DNA of 64,000 nt, from NCBI GenBank assembly GCA_963817525.1, contig CAWFOU010000001.1, positions 1 to 64,000 of the forward strand, read 5' to 3'. This document shows positions 21,981-31,507 of the stretch, piece after piece. How positions within the stretch are numbered: position 1 is the stretch's first letter; the number at the start of each line of letters is the position of its first letter. Position numbers and translations under genes: made by a program. The stretch is from an uncultured archaeon (GTDB taxonomy: Archaea > Thermoproteota > Nitrososphaeria > Nitrososphaerales > Gagatemarchaeaceae). The notes beneath the pieces are model-generated. The model worked only from the letters and a program-made list of their open reading frames with translations. It did not search any database and was not told where the DNA came from.

Positions 21981-24241
21981 TGGCCCAGGTTGAGAGCAGG
22001 GCAAGGACAAGGGTCACTGCTTACACTTCAGCTCTGATTGTAGCAGTTGCGGCTTCCGTCTTCCTGGAGGTAGTCCCCTTCCTTCCCGCGCCACCTATAC
22101 TGCCGCTCCTCGTCGGCCTCGCACTAGGTGGGCTCTCGCTCAGGAACAAAGGCGTCGCGATAGCGACCCTCTACCTACTCGTCTACTTCTCGGTCCTGTG
22201 GCAGATGATAGGCTTCGGCTTCTTTCAGCTCCTCTCGGCCGGCGTCGGCGTCGCCGTCCTTCTGGCCATGGCCGTCCCCCTCTTCCCCTTCCTGACCAAG
22301 AGGGTCGACCTGAGCTCCATGGCCCTAGCCATCCTCGCGGTGGCGCTCATGCTCACTCCCGCCTACTTCGTCTCCATACCCCTCGTGGCCGTCGCCGCTC
22401 TGACCTTCGGCAGCCTGGCGAGCCTCGAGGCCCTCGCCTTGACCTACGTCTTCTTCCTCACGCCCTTTCTCCTCCTTGAGAACGCTCTCTATTTCACCAC
22501 CACGAGCGGGGCCACGGCTCCGATAATCTTCGGGCAGTTCTCTTTACTGGCTCAGAACCTGAGGCCGCCCCTGCCGGGGCTCAACATCCTCCTCACGGGG
22601 CTGCCGGCGAACTACCTCTCGCACCTCGCGGTTCCAGTCTCTACATGGCTCTCGGACAGCTCGGGAGTGCTCCTCATCCCGATGGCGATATTTGGCGTCG
22701 TCCTCCTGGCCTCCTCGTCGATAGGCAGCCTGGCTCGCACCTTCACAGAGAGGTTCGAGAAGGAGAGGGGCATGACCGGGAGGGTGAAGCTCGTCTTTGC
22801 GCCGCTGGTGGTAGCGCTGGTCACCCCGACCGTGTTCATCGTCCTCCTCGCGCTCCTCTCGCGCCCTGGGAGCGGCGGCTTCCAGACCTCCCTCACCAAC
22901 GACCCATCTCACCTTCAAGCCGTCTACATGCTCTGTTCGTCGTTCCTCTTGACTACCTCCTTCATCGGCCGCGAATCCCTCATCCTGAGGCTCGAGGGCG
23001 TGCAGGTCGGGACGGAGGGGCTTGAGCAGCTGATGAAAGAGTGTCAGGAAAAGATGAAGGACGTCCAAGGGCTCCTCGACCGGGTCTCCAGGTCGGTGCC
23101 CTCGATGAGCTTGAGCGGGGAGAGGCAATCGATGTTAGAGTACGCGGCGCGCCTGGAAGACGTCCGGAGGCAGATGAACGGTGCGAGCGCGACGATGATC
23201 GCGCAGTTCCAGTCTACGATCGAGGCCACGGTCCTACGGCCTCTCTCCGAGCAGCCCGAGCTCCAAAGGAGGAGGGTGGCAAACGAGATCCGGGGATTGA
23301 TCTCCGCAACGGCTACCGCGAACAACCACCTCGCAGAGGCGAACGTGCCGCTCCGCTATCCCGACATACCGGCCGTGCCCGACTTCTTCACGCTGGATGA
23401 CCTGGCGCGGGCCTACGAGGCGGCGGCAGCGCCTATCAAGGCCGTCACAACCGATCTCTCCGACCTCTACGGGAAGGAGTCGGCCGCCATGAACGTCCTG
23501 ATGGGGCAGGAAGAGGTGAACCCGCCAGTCAGCACGAAGGTCCTCCTCGACGCCAACGAGCTTATCGGGGCGATGAGGCTGGTGGCGGAAGAGTACTGGC
23601 TCAGCTTCCAGATCCGGTGGGCCGAGCAGCTCGACCAGAAGAAGTCCGCGCTCCTACAGGGGATGAAGGGCATAGAAGGCGGCGTGGGAGAGAACGAGCT
23701 GCAGATCCTCCGAGGGATCGGGGCGGTGGTGGCGGATGCTAACCCTGCGACGTCCTCGACGACCTTGGAGGGCATGCGTGAGCTGAGGGTGATGCTCGAG
23801 TCCGTCTTGTCGCAGGCGATCTCGGGCGCGGACAGGGTGCGCAAGATGCTCGAGTCTCTCGAGCTGATGTCTGTGAGGACCCTGAAGTTCGAGACAATCA
23901 ACAGGCTGAGCGATGTCGTGGCGCTGAAGAAGAAGCTCGAATCCGTCACCCTGAGCTTCGACAGCCTGACCAAGTTCCTGGTCGGCGCTGCGAGCGTCCT
24001 CATGAACCAGGCGGACGCGCGGAAGCGTGACCGCGACAACCTCATCGTCCTTGCACAGTATCCGCTCGCCAAGAAGATAATCCAGAGCATGTTGAGCGGC
24101 CAGACCAGCTTGGCCCTCGCAAAGCTTCCGTACCAGAGAAGGGCGGCGGGGCTATACGCAGAGCTCTACGCCAGCGGCACCCCGGGCGTCGAGTACGACG
24201 AGAACGAAGAGACCCTGACTGTGAGGGTAGAGAATGCCTAA
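21980..24241 (+). CDS. Polytopic membrane protein with long cytoplasmic helical/coiled-coil C-terminus
   Basis: About 10 TM helices in the first ~330 aa, followed by amphipathic helices; overlaps both neighbours. Confidence 0.8.
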   Translation: MAQVESRARTRVTAYTSALIVAVAASVFLEVVPFLPAPPILPLLVGLALGGLSLRNKGVAIATLYLLVYFSVLWQMIGFGFFQLLSAGVGVAVLLAMAVPLFPFLTKRVDLSSMALAILAVALMLTPAYFVSIPLVAVAALTFGSLASLEALALTYVFFLTPFLLLENALYFTTTSGATAPIIFGQFSLLAQNLRPPLPGLNILLTGLPANYLSHLAVPVSTWLSDSSGVLLIPMAIFGVVLLASSSIGSLARTFTERFEKERGMTGRVKLVFAPLVVALVTPTVFIVLLALLSRPGSGGFQTSLTNDPSHLQAVYMLCSSFLLTTSFIGRESLILRLEGVQVGTEGLEQLMKECQEKMKDVQGLLDRVSRSVPSMSLSGERQSMLEYAARLEDVRRQMNGASATMIAQFQSTIEATVLRPLSEQPELQRRRVANEIRGLISATATANNHLAEANVPLRYPDIPAVPDFFTLDDLARAYEAAAAPIKAVTTDLSDLYGKESAAMNVLMGQEEVNPPVSTKVLLDANELIGAMRLVAEEYWLSFQIRWAEQLDQKKSALLQGMKGIEGGVGENELQILRGIGAVVADANPATSSTTLEGMRELRVMLESVLSQAISGADRVRKMLESLELMSVRTLKFETINRLSDVVALKKKLESVTLSFDSLTKFLVGAASVLMNQADARKRDRDNLIVLAQYPLAKKIIQSMLSGQTSLALAKLPYQRRAAGLYAELYASGTPGVEYDENEETLTVRVENA

Positions 24242-25277
24242 GTGTCCGAACGGCCATGAGCAGAGGCTAGGCCTCAAATGCGCCGCTTGCGGCGCCGCCC
24301 TCTCTTACAGAGGCGCGGTCGAGGAGCTGGTCACCCTCCCGAAGGTGGAGCCATACTACGGGAAGGTCGCGGTGATCGTGGCTGGATATCCAAAGCTCGC
24401 GCTGAAAGCGGATTACGTCAGCGAGATCTCGGTGGGCGCGTCCGACCTGCAGTCTCCCAACGGGTTCCAGGTCGCGAGCATACGCGGAGGGAACTGGCTA
24501 GACTACAGCAACAAGCACCTTCAGAACCTGCGGAGATGGATGACGCTCGTGGGGATAGGCAAGTCGACTGACAGGTTCCTCGTGGTCGATGCCACCGACC
24601 CGCTCTCCGTCCTCACGCTCACCGCGCTCCCTGCCCTCGAGCACACCGCCGTCATCGCCGTCGTCGCCGACCAGGAGTCCACCCCCGTCGAGCAGAACGC
24701 GAGCTACGTCGCGCTTTCGCTCGCCCTCAAGAAGGGCCTCCCGGTCATCGCTCTCTCGGAGACATTTGAGAGGGAGATGCTGTACTTCACCGAGGACGAG
24801 GGGTTCGCGACAAAAGCCGACGCGATGTCGATGCTGCTAACGCCCCTGCTAGGGGCTGCGGACGACCTGATGGACCTGCTCGAGAGAGACCTGAGCCTGG
24901 GGATAAAGATGCACTGCCTCTCGGCGATCTTGGCGGGCTCCAAGAGCGTCTATGGCACCGACACGAACGCGTTCATGGCTCAGAGCTACGACCTCTCGAT
25001 GGCAGCGAAGCTCGAGCAATATCAGACCGTCCACTCACTCGCCTTTTCGCAAAGCGAAGCCAAGGGGGAGTTCGAGAAGAGCTTCGGCGTGTTCAGGAAC
25101 AGGAGGTTCAAGGGGGCCCTGAACGCGGAGTTCCGGTTCCGCGAGAAGGACTCCCCGCTCTACGACCTTGTGACGATCTATGGGATGAGCAGCGAGGCCT
25201 CCCTCGAGGACATGACCGCCGGATACCAGGCGATCGTGCAGAACATGCCCCAGCTGAGCGCCGAAGGAGCGTCTTGA
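24234..25277 (+). CDS. Zn-ribbon protein with probable degenerate tubulin/FtsZ-like domain
   Basis: CPNGH...CAACG; ESTPVEQNASY resembles tubulin STAVVEPYNS; lacks GGGTGSG. Confidence 0.6.
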   Translation: MPKCPNGHEQRLGLKCAACGAALSYRGAVEELVTLPKVEPYYGKVAVIVAGYPKLALKADYVSEISVGASDLQSPNGFQVASIRGGNWLDYSNKHLQNLRRWMTLVGIGKSTDRFLVVDATDPLSVLTLTALPALEHTAVIAVVADQESTPVEQNASYVALSLALKKGLPVIALSETFEREMLYFTEDEGFATKADAMSMLLTPLLGAADDLMDLLERDLSLGIKMHCLSAILAGSKSVYGTDTNAFMAQSYDLSMAAKLEQYQTVHSLAFSQSEAKGEFEKSFGVFRNRRFKGALNAEFRFREKDSPLYDLVTIYGMSSEASLEDMTAGYQAIVQNMPQLSAEGAS

Positions 25278-26080
25278 AATTGGCCGCCTCGCCAGAGACC
25301 GGGGAAGCCCCGTCCGACCTGCCCTCCCACGACTACAAAGTGTTGACCGCCACGTACCTGGAGAAGACCTATTCCGACGTCGTCCTCCGCCTGGCGGACT
25401 CGGGCGCCGAGATGGAGCTCAGAGAGTGGACCAGCAGGAAGAAGGAGGCACAATCCGTGGTGGCAAGGTTTCGCCTTGAGCCCAACGCCCAGGTCTTGCT
25501 TGACGGCCCGCTGCTGAAGGTCGCGGAGCTCTCGATAACCCTGGAGTCGCCCAGCATCGCGGCCCAGGTCGCCCTGACCCTGGAGCGCCCCGCGAGGGAA
25601 CGCGAGACCCTGAGGCTCCTCTTGGAAGCGGAGTCGTCGGTCAGCGGCTTCCTCGAGACGCGCGAGGAGGCGTTGAAGTTTCTCTCTTGGCTGAAGGCCG
25701 ACCCGCGAGGCGCTTTGTTGAGCGTCGAGTCGCTGTGGACCACGCCCGACACCGAGCCCCTCGACGCCGTCTACGCCAGCTACTCCGGGCGGGTGGCCGA
25801 GTCCTTCGCGAAGATGACGTCCTCCCTCTCAGGGGCTGAGACGGGCCTGGGCGCTCCGACGACCGAGATGCTCTACGCGCTCACCTACACGATAGGCGCA
25901 GTCCAGAACGCCCTCCTGGCGAGCGATTCGGACATGGCCCAGGAGCTCGCCGCCCTAGGGGAGTTCGGCATCACCGCGACGGCCGAGGGACTGCGCACAG
26001 AAAAGCAGACCGCGCGGCTGATGGCGATGGCCCACCCCAGCCTCGCCGCGTTCGCAATAGGCCGGACCCCAACGAGCTAG
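25274..26080 (+). CDS. Hypothetical protein, last gene of the tubulin-like operon
   Basis: TTGA overlap with the upstream gene; beta-rich N-terminus and helical C-terminus. Confidence 0.65.
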   Translation: MKLAASPETGEAPSDLPSHDYKVLTATYLEKTYSDVVLRLADSGAEMELREWTSRKKEAQSVVARFRLEPNAQVLLDGPLLKVAELSITLESPSIAAQVALTLERPARERETLRLLLEAESSVSGFLETREEALKFLSWLKADPRGALLSVESLWTTPDTEPLDAVYASYSGRVAESFAKMTSSLSGAETGLGAPTTEMLYALTYTIGAVQNALLASDSDMAQELAALGEFGITATAEGLRTEKQTARLMAMAHPSLAAFAIGRTPTS

Positions 26081-26081
26081 C

Positions 26082-27323
26082 CTACTCCGCGCCGACCGGA
26101 GTCGAGGGCGGCGGCCTTGCGCCGGGGATCAAGTTGATCGTCATGAAGGTCGTCCCCCTCATTATCCCGATGGCCAGCGTGTGCCCGACCTGGGCGTTCT
26201 CCTCGAGGTAGGAGGCGAGGGCGTCGGTGTCGACGATACGCGTCCCGTTGATGGAAACGATTACGTCTCCCCCGGTGACGAACGTCTGGCCTTCGACGGT
26301 GGTCTGCTTTGTGCCCGCCCTTATCCCTGCCGTCGCGGCAGGCCCTCCAGCGACGACGTCCTCGACGAGGACGCCGTACGTGACGTTGTTCCCGTTGGCC
26401 TTGGCGAGCTGGTAGAACATGTCGGTCGTCCCTATCCCGAGGTATGGGTGATCATCGTACGTGCCGTTGGCGACCAGCGAGCCGATCTCCCTCAGCACCG
26501 TGTCCGAGGGTATGGCGAACCCCACTCCTTGGGAGCCGTTGACCTCGGCGGTGGTGAGCCCTATCACCTGGCCGTTGGCGTTGAAGAGAGGACCTCCGGA
26601 GTTGCCGGGATTGATGGGCGCGCTGAACTGGATGACGTCTGCTATCGAGTAGTTGCCGGCGGTGGCCTCCGTGATGGTCCTCCCGAGTTGGCTGACCACG
26701 CCCACAGTCAAAGAGCCTGAGAGGCCGTAGGGGTTGCCTATCGCGGCCACAGGGTCTCCGACCTGGACGGCGGAGGACGGGGAGATGGTGAGCGGCTGGA
26801 ACTCGGAGGACGGCGCAGTTGGCGCCTTGACCACGGCGAGGTCGCTGTACGGGTCGGTCCCCACGACCGAAGCCGGGTAGGCGTCGCCGTTCCAGAATAT
26901 CACCGTCATGTTGGTGACCCCGTTCACCACGTGGAAATTGGTGACGATGTAGTTCGCGTTGTCGTAGCTATAGGCGAAACCGGAGCCGAGTATCTCCTCC
27001 TCGACGCTCTCGCTCCCGAAGAAGCTCGAGACCGAGGCCGTGGTGAACCCCTCGACCGTGACGACGCTCTCGTTCGAGTCCTTGTAGATCTGCACTGCAT
27101 TGATGGAGGGGGTCGTAGAGGCCCCGACGCTCGCTGACAGGTTGCCGCCATTCACCGTGGTCGTCAAGGTCGATGTGGTCGTGGTGGTGTTGGTGACCGC
27201 GGCGGCAGCGCGAGGCGCGGCCAGGTAATACGACGCTCCCGCCCCCAAGCCTCCAGCTATGATCAGCAACACTACGATCGCTGCGATTCTCTTCCCACCA
27301 AGTCCTTCTGACGGGTATCCCAT
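26082..27323 (-). CDS. htrA: HtrA/DegP-like membrane-anchored serine protease with PDZ domain
   Basis: TNFHVV, SDLAV, INPGNSGGPL, C-terminal PDZ, N-terminal TM. Confidence 0.93.
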   Translation of the reverse strand: MGYPSEGLGGKRIAAIVVLLIIAGGLGAGASYYLAAPRAAAAVTNTTTTTSTLTTTVNGGNLSASVGASTTPSINAVQIYKDSNESVVTVEGFTTASVSSFFGSESVEEEILGSGFAYSYDNANYIVTNFHVVNGVTNMTVIFWNGDAYPASVVGTDPYSDLAVVKAPTAPSSEFQPLTISPSSAVQVGDPVAAIGNPYGLSGSLTVGVVSQLGRTITEATAGNYSIADVIQFSAPINPGNSGGPLFNANGQVIGLTTAEVNGSQGVGFAIPSDTVLREIGSLVANGTYDDHPYLGIGTTDMFYQLAKANGNNVTYGVLVEDVVAGGPAATAGIRAGTKQTTVEGQTFVTGGDVIVSINGTRIVDTDALASYLEENAQVGHTLAIGIMRGTTFMTINLIPGARPPPSTPVGAE

Positions 27324-27401
27324 TTATCAAAACCTCTTTGGTGGGGAAGTCCCTCCCTGGGTTTTATAATCCGATTGGTGCATCCGTCTAAAGTGGCGGG
27401 G

Positions 27402-27767
27402 CTACGCCTCCAAGGGACCGACCACGAACAGCGCGAAGAGCAGCATCCCGAGCACCAGCAGGGTGACTCCGACGTACAAGCTGTCCCTCTCTCTCAAGAA
27501 GAGGACTACCGAGGCGGCCACCCGGGTGATCGGGGTCGCGATAAGGATCAGCATGCCGAGCTGCAGCACGCTCGTGGCGGTCCCGTGAGCTATGCCCGCG
27601 CCCAGCGCTGAGGGGCTGAGAGTGGGCGCTCCGAAGCCCGCAGAGATGGCGCCCTGTAGCGTGGCGGGAGCCCCTGCGGGAGGGGCGAGGAGCATGATGG
27701 CCAGACCCAACACCACGAAGGCGGAGCTGAGGGCGACCCCGTACCTCAGGATCCTCCCGATGACCAC
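27402..27767 (-). CDS. DUF1634 membrane protein
   Basis: ILRYGV, LILIATPITRV; usual partner of TauE; start may extend to ~27800. Confidence 0.85.
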   Translation of the reverse strand: MVIGRILRYGVALSSAFVVLGLAIMLLAPPAGAPATLQGAISAGFGAPTLSPSALGAGIAHGTATSVLQLGMLILIATPITRVAASVVLFLRERDSLYVGVTLLVLGMLLFALFVVGPLEA

Positions 27768-27796
27768 GTTGAGGTCGGGGCCCTCAGGTCGAGAGG

Positions 27797-28660
27797 TCAG
27801 CGAGACACCCCCATGTAGATCATCTCCGTGCCGAAGACAATCAGGACGACGATGAACAAGACGCGGATCGAAGCCGGCTTCGACCTCACGAGCGCCCTCG
27901 CCCCCGCCATGGATCCTACCACGACCCCCAGCGCGACCGGGGCGGCGAGCAGGACGTTGATGTACCCGCTGATGTAGAGTATCCCGGTGCTCGCAGTCGC
28001 CGTCACTCCTATCATGAAGTTGCTGGTCGTGGTGGAGACCTTGAACGGCAGCCTCATGACGGTGTCCATCCCCAGGACCTTGAGCACGCCTCCCCCGACC
28101 CCGAGCAGGCCGGAGAGGATGCCCGCGAAGAAGACCACCACCAGGCCGGCTGGGACGCGGGTCGCGGAGTAGCCTATCGTCCTGTGGAGCGACTTGTCCT
28201 CATATTCGCCACTCAGCCTGAGGCGCTCCGCGAGCGGGTCGGGCTCCTGGTTGGCGACGGGCTCCCGCTTCTCCGACCTCGCGTTGCGGAAGACGTTGTA
28301 TGCCGAGTAGAAGAGCACGAGCCCGAAGACGACGAAGATTATCCAGCTGAACCCGCTCCGGACGAAGTAGAGGGTGGCGGCGACACCGACGATGGAGCCT
28401 AGAACCGAGCCTATCTCCAGGAACATCCCCACCCGAAGGTTGGTGATCCTGTCCCTCACGTAGGCGGAGGCCGCCCCGCTCGACGTGGCTATCGTGGAGA
28501 TGATGCTCGCCCCGATGGCGTACTCGATGGGGACACCGAAGCATATCGTAAGGGCCGGGACCACGAGCACGCCGCCCCCGACCCCCACCATCGACCCGAT
28601 CAGGCCTGCGATTATCGCGACCAGGAACATCAGGAGGAGGTATTCGTCAATACCGATCAC
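27797..28660 (-). CDS. TauE/SafE (TSUP) sulfite exporter family
   Basis: GVGGGVLVVP, SGLLGVGGG, TTTSNFMIGVTA. Confidence 0.92.
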   Translation of the reverse strand: MIGIDEYLLLMFLVAIIAGLIGSMVGVGGGVLVVPALTICFGVPIEYAIGASIISTIATSSGAASAYVRDRITNLRVGMFLEIGSVLGSIVGVAATLYFVRSGFSWIIFVVFGLVLFYSAYNVFRNARSEKREPVANQEPDPLAERLRLSGEYEDKSLHRTIGYSATRVPAGLVVVFFAGILSGLLGVGGGVLKVLGMDTVMRLPFKVSTTTSNFMIGVTATASTGILYISGYINVLLAAPVALGVVVGSMAGARALVRSKPASIRVLFIVVLIVFGTEMIYMGVSR

Positions 28661-28733
28661 TGGGCGTCGGCCGCGAATCCTCTTGACCGTAATTAAGCGT
28701 GAACCTGAGGTGGGGCCCCATGCCCGGGCCTGC

Positions 28734-29033
28734 TCAGATCACTTCTATCGAGGACTCTGAGAACCCGCGCTTCACGAGGATCTCGACGACCCTGTCCCTG
28801 TGGTCGCCCTGCAGGAGGACTATACCGTCCTTGACCGTCCCGCCAGTTGCGAGCATCTTCTTCATCTTGGTGCCGAGCTCCTGCAGGTCCTTCTCGTTCA
28901 TCTTCAGCCCCTCAATTACAGTGGTGGGCTTCCTGAACCTGCGCATCTCCATCCTGACCTTCACCCGCGCCTCTTCGCGGTCGAGCTCTGCTACTATGTC
29001 GTCAAAGCCAGGCTCTTCGTCGCTGCTACTCAC
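28734..29033 (-). CDS. sui1: Translation initiation factor aIF1 (SUI1)
   Basis: KPTTVIEG, LATGGTVKDG, LQGDHR. Confidence 0.93.
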   Translation of the reverse strand: MSSSDEEPGFDDIVAELDREEARVKVRMEMRRFRKPTTVIEGLKMNEKDLQELGTKMKKMLATGGTVKDGIVLLQGDHRDRVVEILVKRGFSESSIEVI

Positions 29034-29166
29034 TGCTGAATCACGGTATATCTCATTCCTCTATTAAGACTTCGCAGTAAATCCTCGCAGCCCAAAACCA
29101 AGCACGGCTCGACTCCCCAGACGCGATATTCGCTTATTAACGCCATCGCGGTCACGCGTCCGAGTC

Positions 29167-29284
29167 GGGCCCGTAGCTCAGAAGTCGCAAGACGACTGGG
29201 CAGTCTGGTCAGAGCGACCGGCTCATACGGGGGTAACACCCTCGAGACACCGGTCGGTCGCCGGTCCGAATCCGGCCGGGCCCA
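29167..29284 (+). tRNA. tRNA with CAU anticodon, most likely tRNA-Ile2; two introns (29182-29203 at 15/16, 29228-29248 at 37/38)
   Basis: Spliced form GGGCCCGTAGCTCAG-TCTGGTCAGAGCGACCGGCTCATA-ACCGGTCGGTCGCCGGTCCGAATCCGGCCGGGCCCA folds as a cloverleaf; the GGGCCC acceptor is typical of archaeal Ile tRNAs; BHB-like motifs at the junctions. Confidence 0.88.
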
Positions 29285-29375
29285 TCCCTTCTCTCATGCC
29301 GTTGTCACCGGCCCCACAAAAGGTCGCAACTACGGCAGGCATCGTTTTATCGCATGGGCCTCCTGGGTCACACCG

Positions 29376-30119
29376 TTGAGGCCGAGCATCCTCGTCGTCC
29401 AGAACGCAGAATGGGAGGGCCCGGGCCTCGTCGAGGTGCATACCAGGGCGGCGGGAGTGGGCCTCTCGACGGTCGAGCTGTTCCTGGCGCCATCGTCCGG
29501 GGCCATCCCCTTCGAGAAGCTGGAGAAGGGCGAATATTCCGCGGTGGTCGCGCTCGGCTCGCCCTCCACGGCCTATCTCCCGGAGAGCAACCCGCACCAC
29601 AAGGAGCTGGTGAGGCTGTTCAAGATGACCCGGAGGCGCAAGATCCCTTCCTTCAACATCTGCTACTCGATGCAGCTCTTCGCGCTGGTCCACGGAGGCA
29701 AGGTCGTCAAGAACCCCGCGGGGAAAGAGGTAGGGTTCCGCGAGGTCCGCCCCACCCCGGGGGGGAGGGAAGACCCGGTCATAGGGAACATCGGGCCTTA
29801 CACGACCCTCCAGTGGCACGGAGACGTCGTCGAGGAGCTCCCCGAGGGGGCCGTGCGTCTCGCGTCGTCGAGGATGACGAAGAACCAGGTCGCCGTACTG
29901 GACGGGATACACTACATGGTGCAGGCGGACGGGCAGGCGGCGATTCCTGCGATGGTAAGGAGCTGGCTGAGGCACGACGCCAAGTGGGCGACCCAGGGCA
30001 CGGGGATAAAGAAGGTCGAGCTGATTCGCGAGGCGGTCGACCACGAGGCCTACTTCCGGAATACCTTCCTCAGGATCTTCGGGAACTACCTAGCGCTCGT
30101 CCTCCGGCCCGATCGGTGA
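29376..30119 (+). CDS. Class I glutamine amidotransferase-like protein with altered catalytic triad
   Basis: EGPG, ICYSMQ, KEVGF, QWHGD; the QFHPE position reads QADGQ. Confidence 0.85.
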   Translation: MRPSILVVQNAEWEGPGLVEVHTRAAGVGLSTVELFLAPSSGAIPFEKLEKGEYSAVVALGSPSTAYLPESNPHHKELVRLFKMTRRRKIPSFNICYSMQLFALVHGGKVVKNPAGKEVGFREVRPTPGGREDPVIGNIGPYTTLQWHGDVVEELPEGAVRLASSRMTKNQVAVLDGIHYMVQADGQAAIPAMVRSWLRHDAKWATQGTGIKKVELIREAVDHEAYFRNTFLRIFGNYLALVLRPDR

Positions 30120-30356
30120 CACCCTGCCAAGGGTTTCCTGCCCGCGGAGGCCGCGCCTCGTCCTTTTTCATCAGAAAAATCCCAACTCATTGGTAACAAA
30201 TCTGCAACAAATCTTGAGAAACTGATTATATCCTTTCAGCGCAAAAACCGCCATGCAACCTGCAATATCGCGATCTGACCTTTCACGAGGTAAGCATCTG
30301 CCGGTGCCAGATTCAAGACCTGGCGCGCTCCAGAATCTCAAGGGCCTGGGGAGAAA

Positions 30357-31493
30357 TTGAAGACCAGAATTCTCGCCGGACTTGGGATGGCCATACTCCT
30401 GTTAGCGAGCTTTTCCTTAGCGGGAGTCGCTCACGCGGCGCCTTCGGGCACGGTCTACACCGAGAACAACGCCTCTCCCGCGAATAGCGTGCTACAATAC
30501 CAGAGCGGCCCGAGCGGCGTGCTCACGCTCGCGGGCACCTACTCTGCGGGTGGCGCGGGGACAGGCGCTGCTCTGACCAGCCAAAACGCCGTGGTGCTGA
30601 CCCAGGACGGGCACTGGCTCATCGCGGTCGACGCGGGCAGCAACCAGGTATCCGTCTTCCAGGTGAACGGCGGCGGAAGCCTGACCTTGGCCGAGGCGGT
30701 CGGCTCCCAAGGCACGACGCCCATCAGCGTCGCCGTCAACAATGACGTCGTCTACGTCTTGAACAGCGCCACGCCCAACATCGCGGGCTTCACCCTGAGC
30801 AATAACGGCAAATTGACCTTCATCCCCGGATCAATCCAGCCACTCAGCGGAATCCCAGCCTCCTCGCCAGAGGACATCGGGTTCGTCAACTCGGGCCCAG
30901 GCGGTCCGCCGGCACTAGGCGGGAGCGTCCTGGTTGTCACGGAGAAGGCGGCGGGTGTGATAGACACCTACACGGTCTCGAAGAGCGGAATCGCCAGCGG
31001 GCCGACAGTCATCCCGTCCAACGGCGGAGGGCCCTACGGCTTCGCCACAACCCAGCAAGGATACCTGATCCTGACCGAGGCTGGAAGCGGCAGTCTGTCC
31101 TCGTACGACGTCTCGAACACGGGCGCTTTGATGACAATAAGCGGCGCGATACCCGACTTTGGGAACGCCGGCTCCTCGACCGGTCCAGCCCCCTGTTGGG
31201 TGGCCGTCTCCAGCAACGGGCAGTTCGCCTACGTCAGCAATGCGCACGTCGGGACCATCTCCGTCTACGGAATCTCGGGGGAGGGGACCCTCACCCTCGA
31301 CAGCTCAATATCCGCCCACACGCTCATCCCAACGCTCGATCTGACCGTCAGCAGCGACAACCAGCACCTCTACGTCCTTAACGGTGGCCAGATCACGACC
31401 TTCCAGCTCTATCCCAACGGGGCAATCGCCCAAGTCTCGACGATAGCGCTGCCTGCGACTGCGTCAGGCGCCACCGGGCTTATCGCAAGCTGA
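30357..31493 (+). CDS. Secreted 7-bladed beta-propeller (6-phosphogluconolactonase-like)
   Basis: Signal peptide; DAGSNQVSVF, PISVAV, GPYGF, PCWVAV repeats. Confidence 0.85.
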   Translation: MKTRILAGLGMAILLLASFSLAGVAHAAPSGTVYTENNASPANSVLQYQSGPSGVLTLAGTYSAGGAGTGAALTSQNAVVLTQDGHWLIAVDAGSNQVSVFQVNGGGSLTLAEAVGSQGTTPISVAVNNDVVYVLNSATPNIAGFTLSNNGKLTFIPGSIQPLSGIPASSPEDIGFVNSGPGGPPALGGSVLVVTEKAAGVIDTYTVSKSGIASGPTVIPSNGGGPYGFATTQQGYLILTEAGSGSLSSYDVSNTGALMTISGAIPDFGNAGSSTGPAPCWVAVSSNGQFAYVSNAHVGTISVYGISGEGTLTLDSSISAHTLIPTLDLTVSSDNQHLYVLNGGQITTFQLYPNGAIAQVSTIALPATASGATGLIAS

Positions 31494-31507
31494 GCCCCGC
31501 ACTCCCC

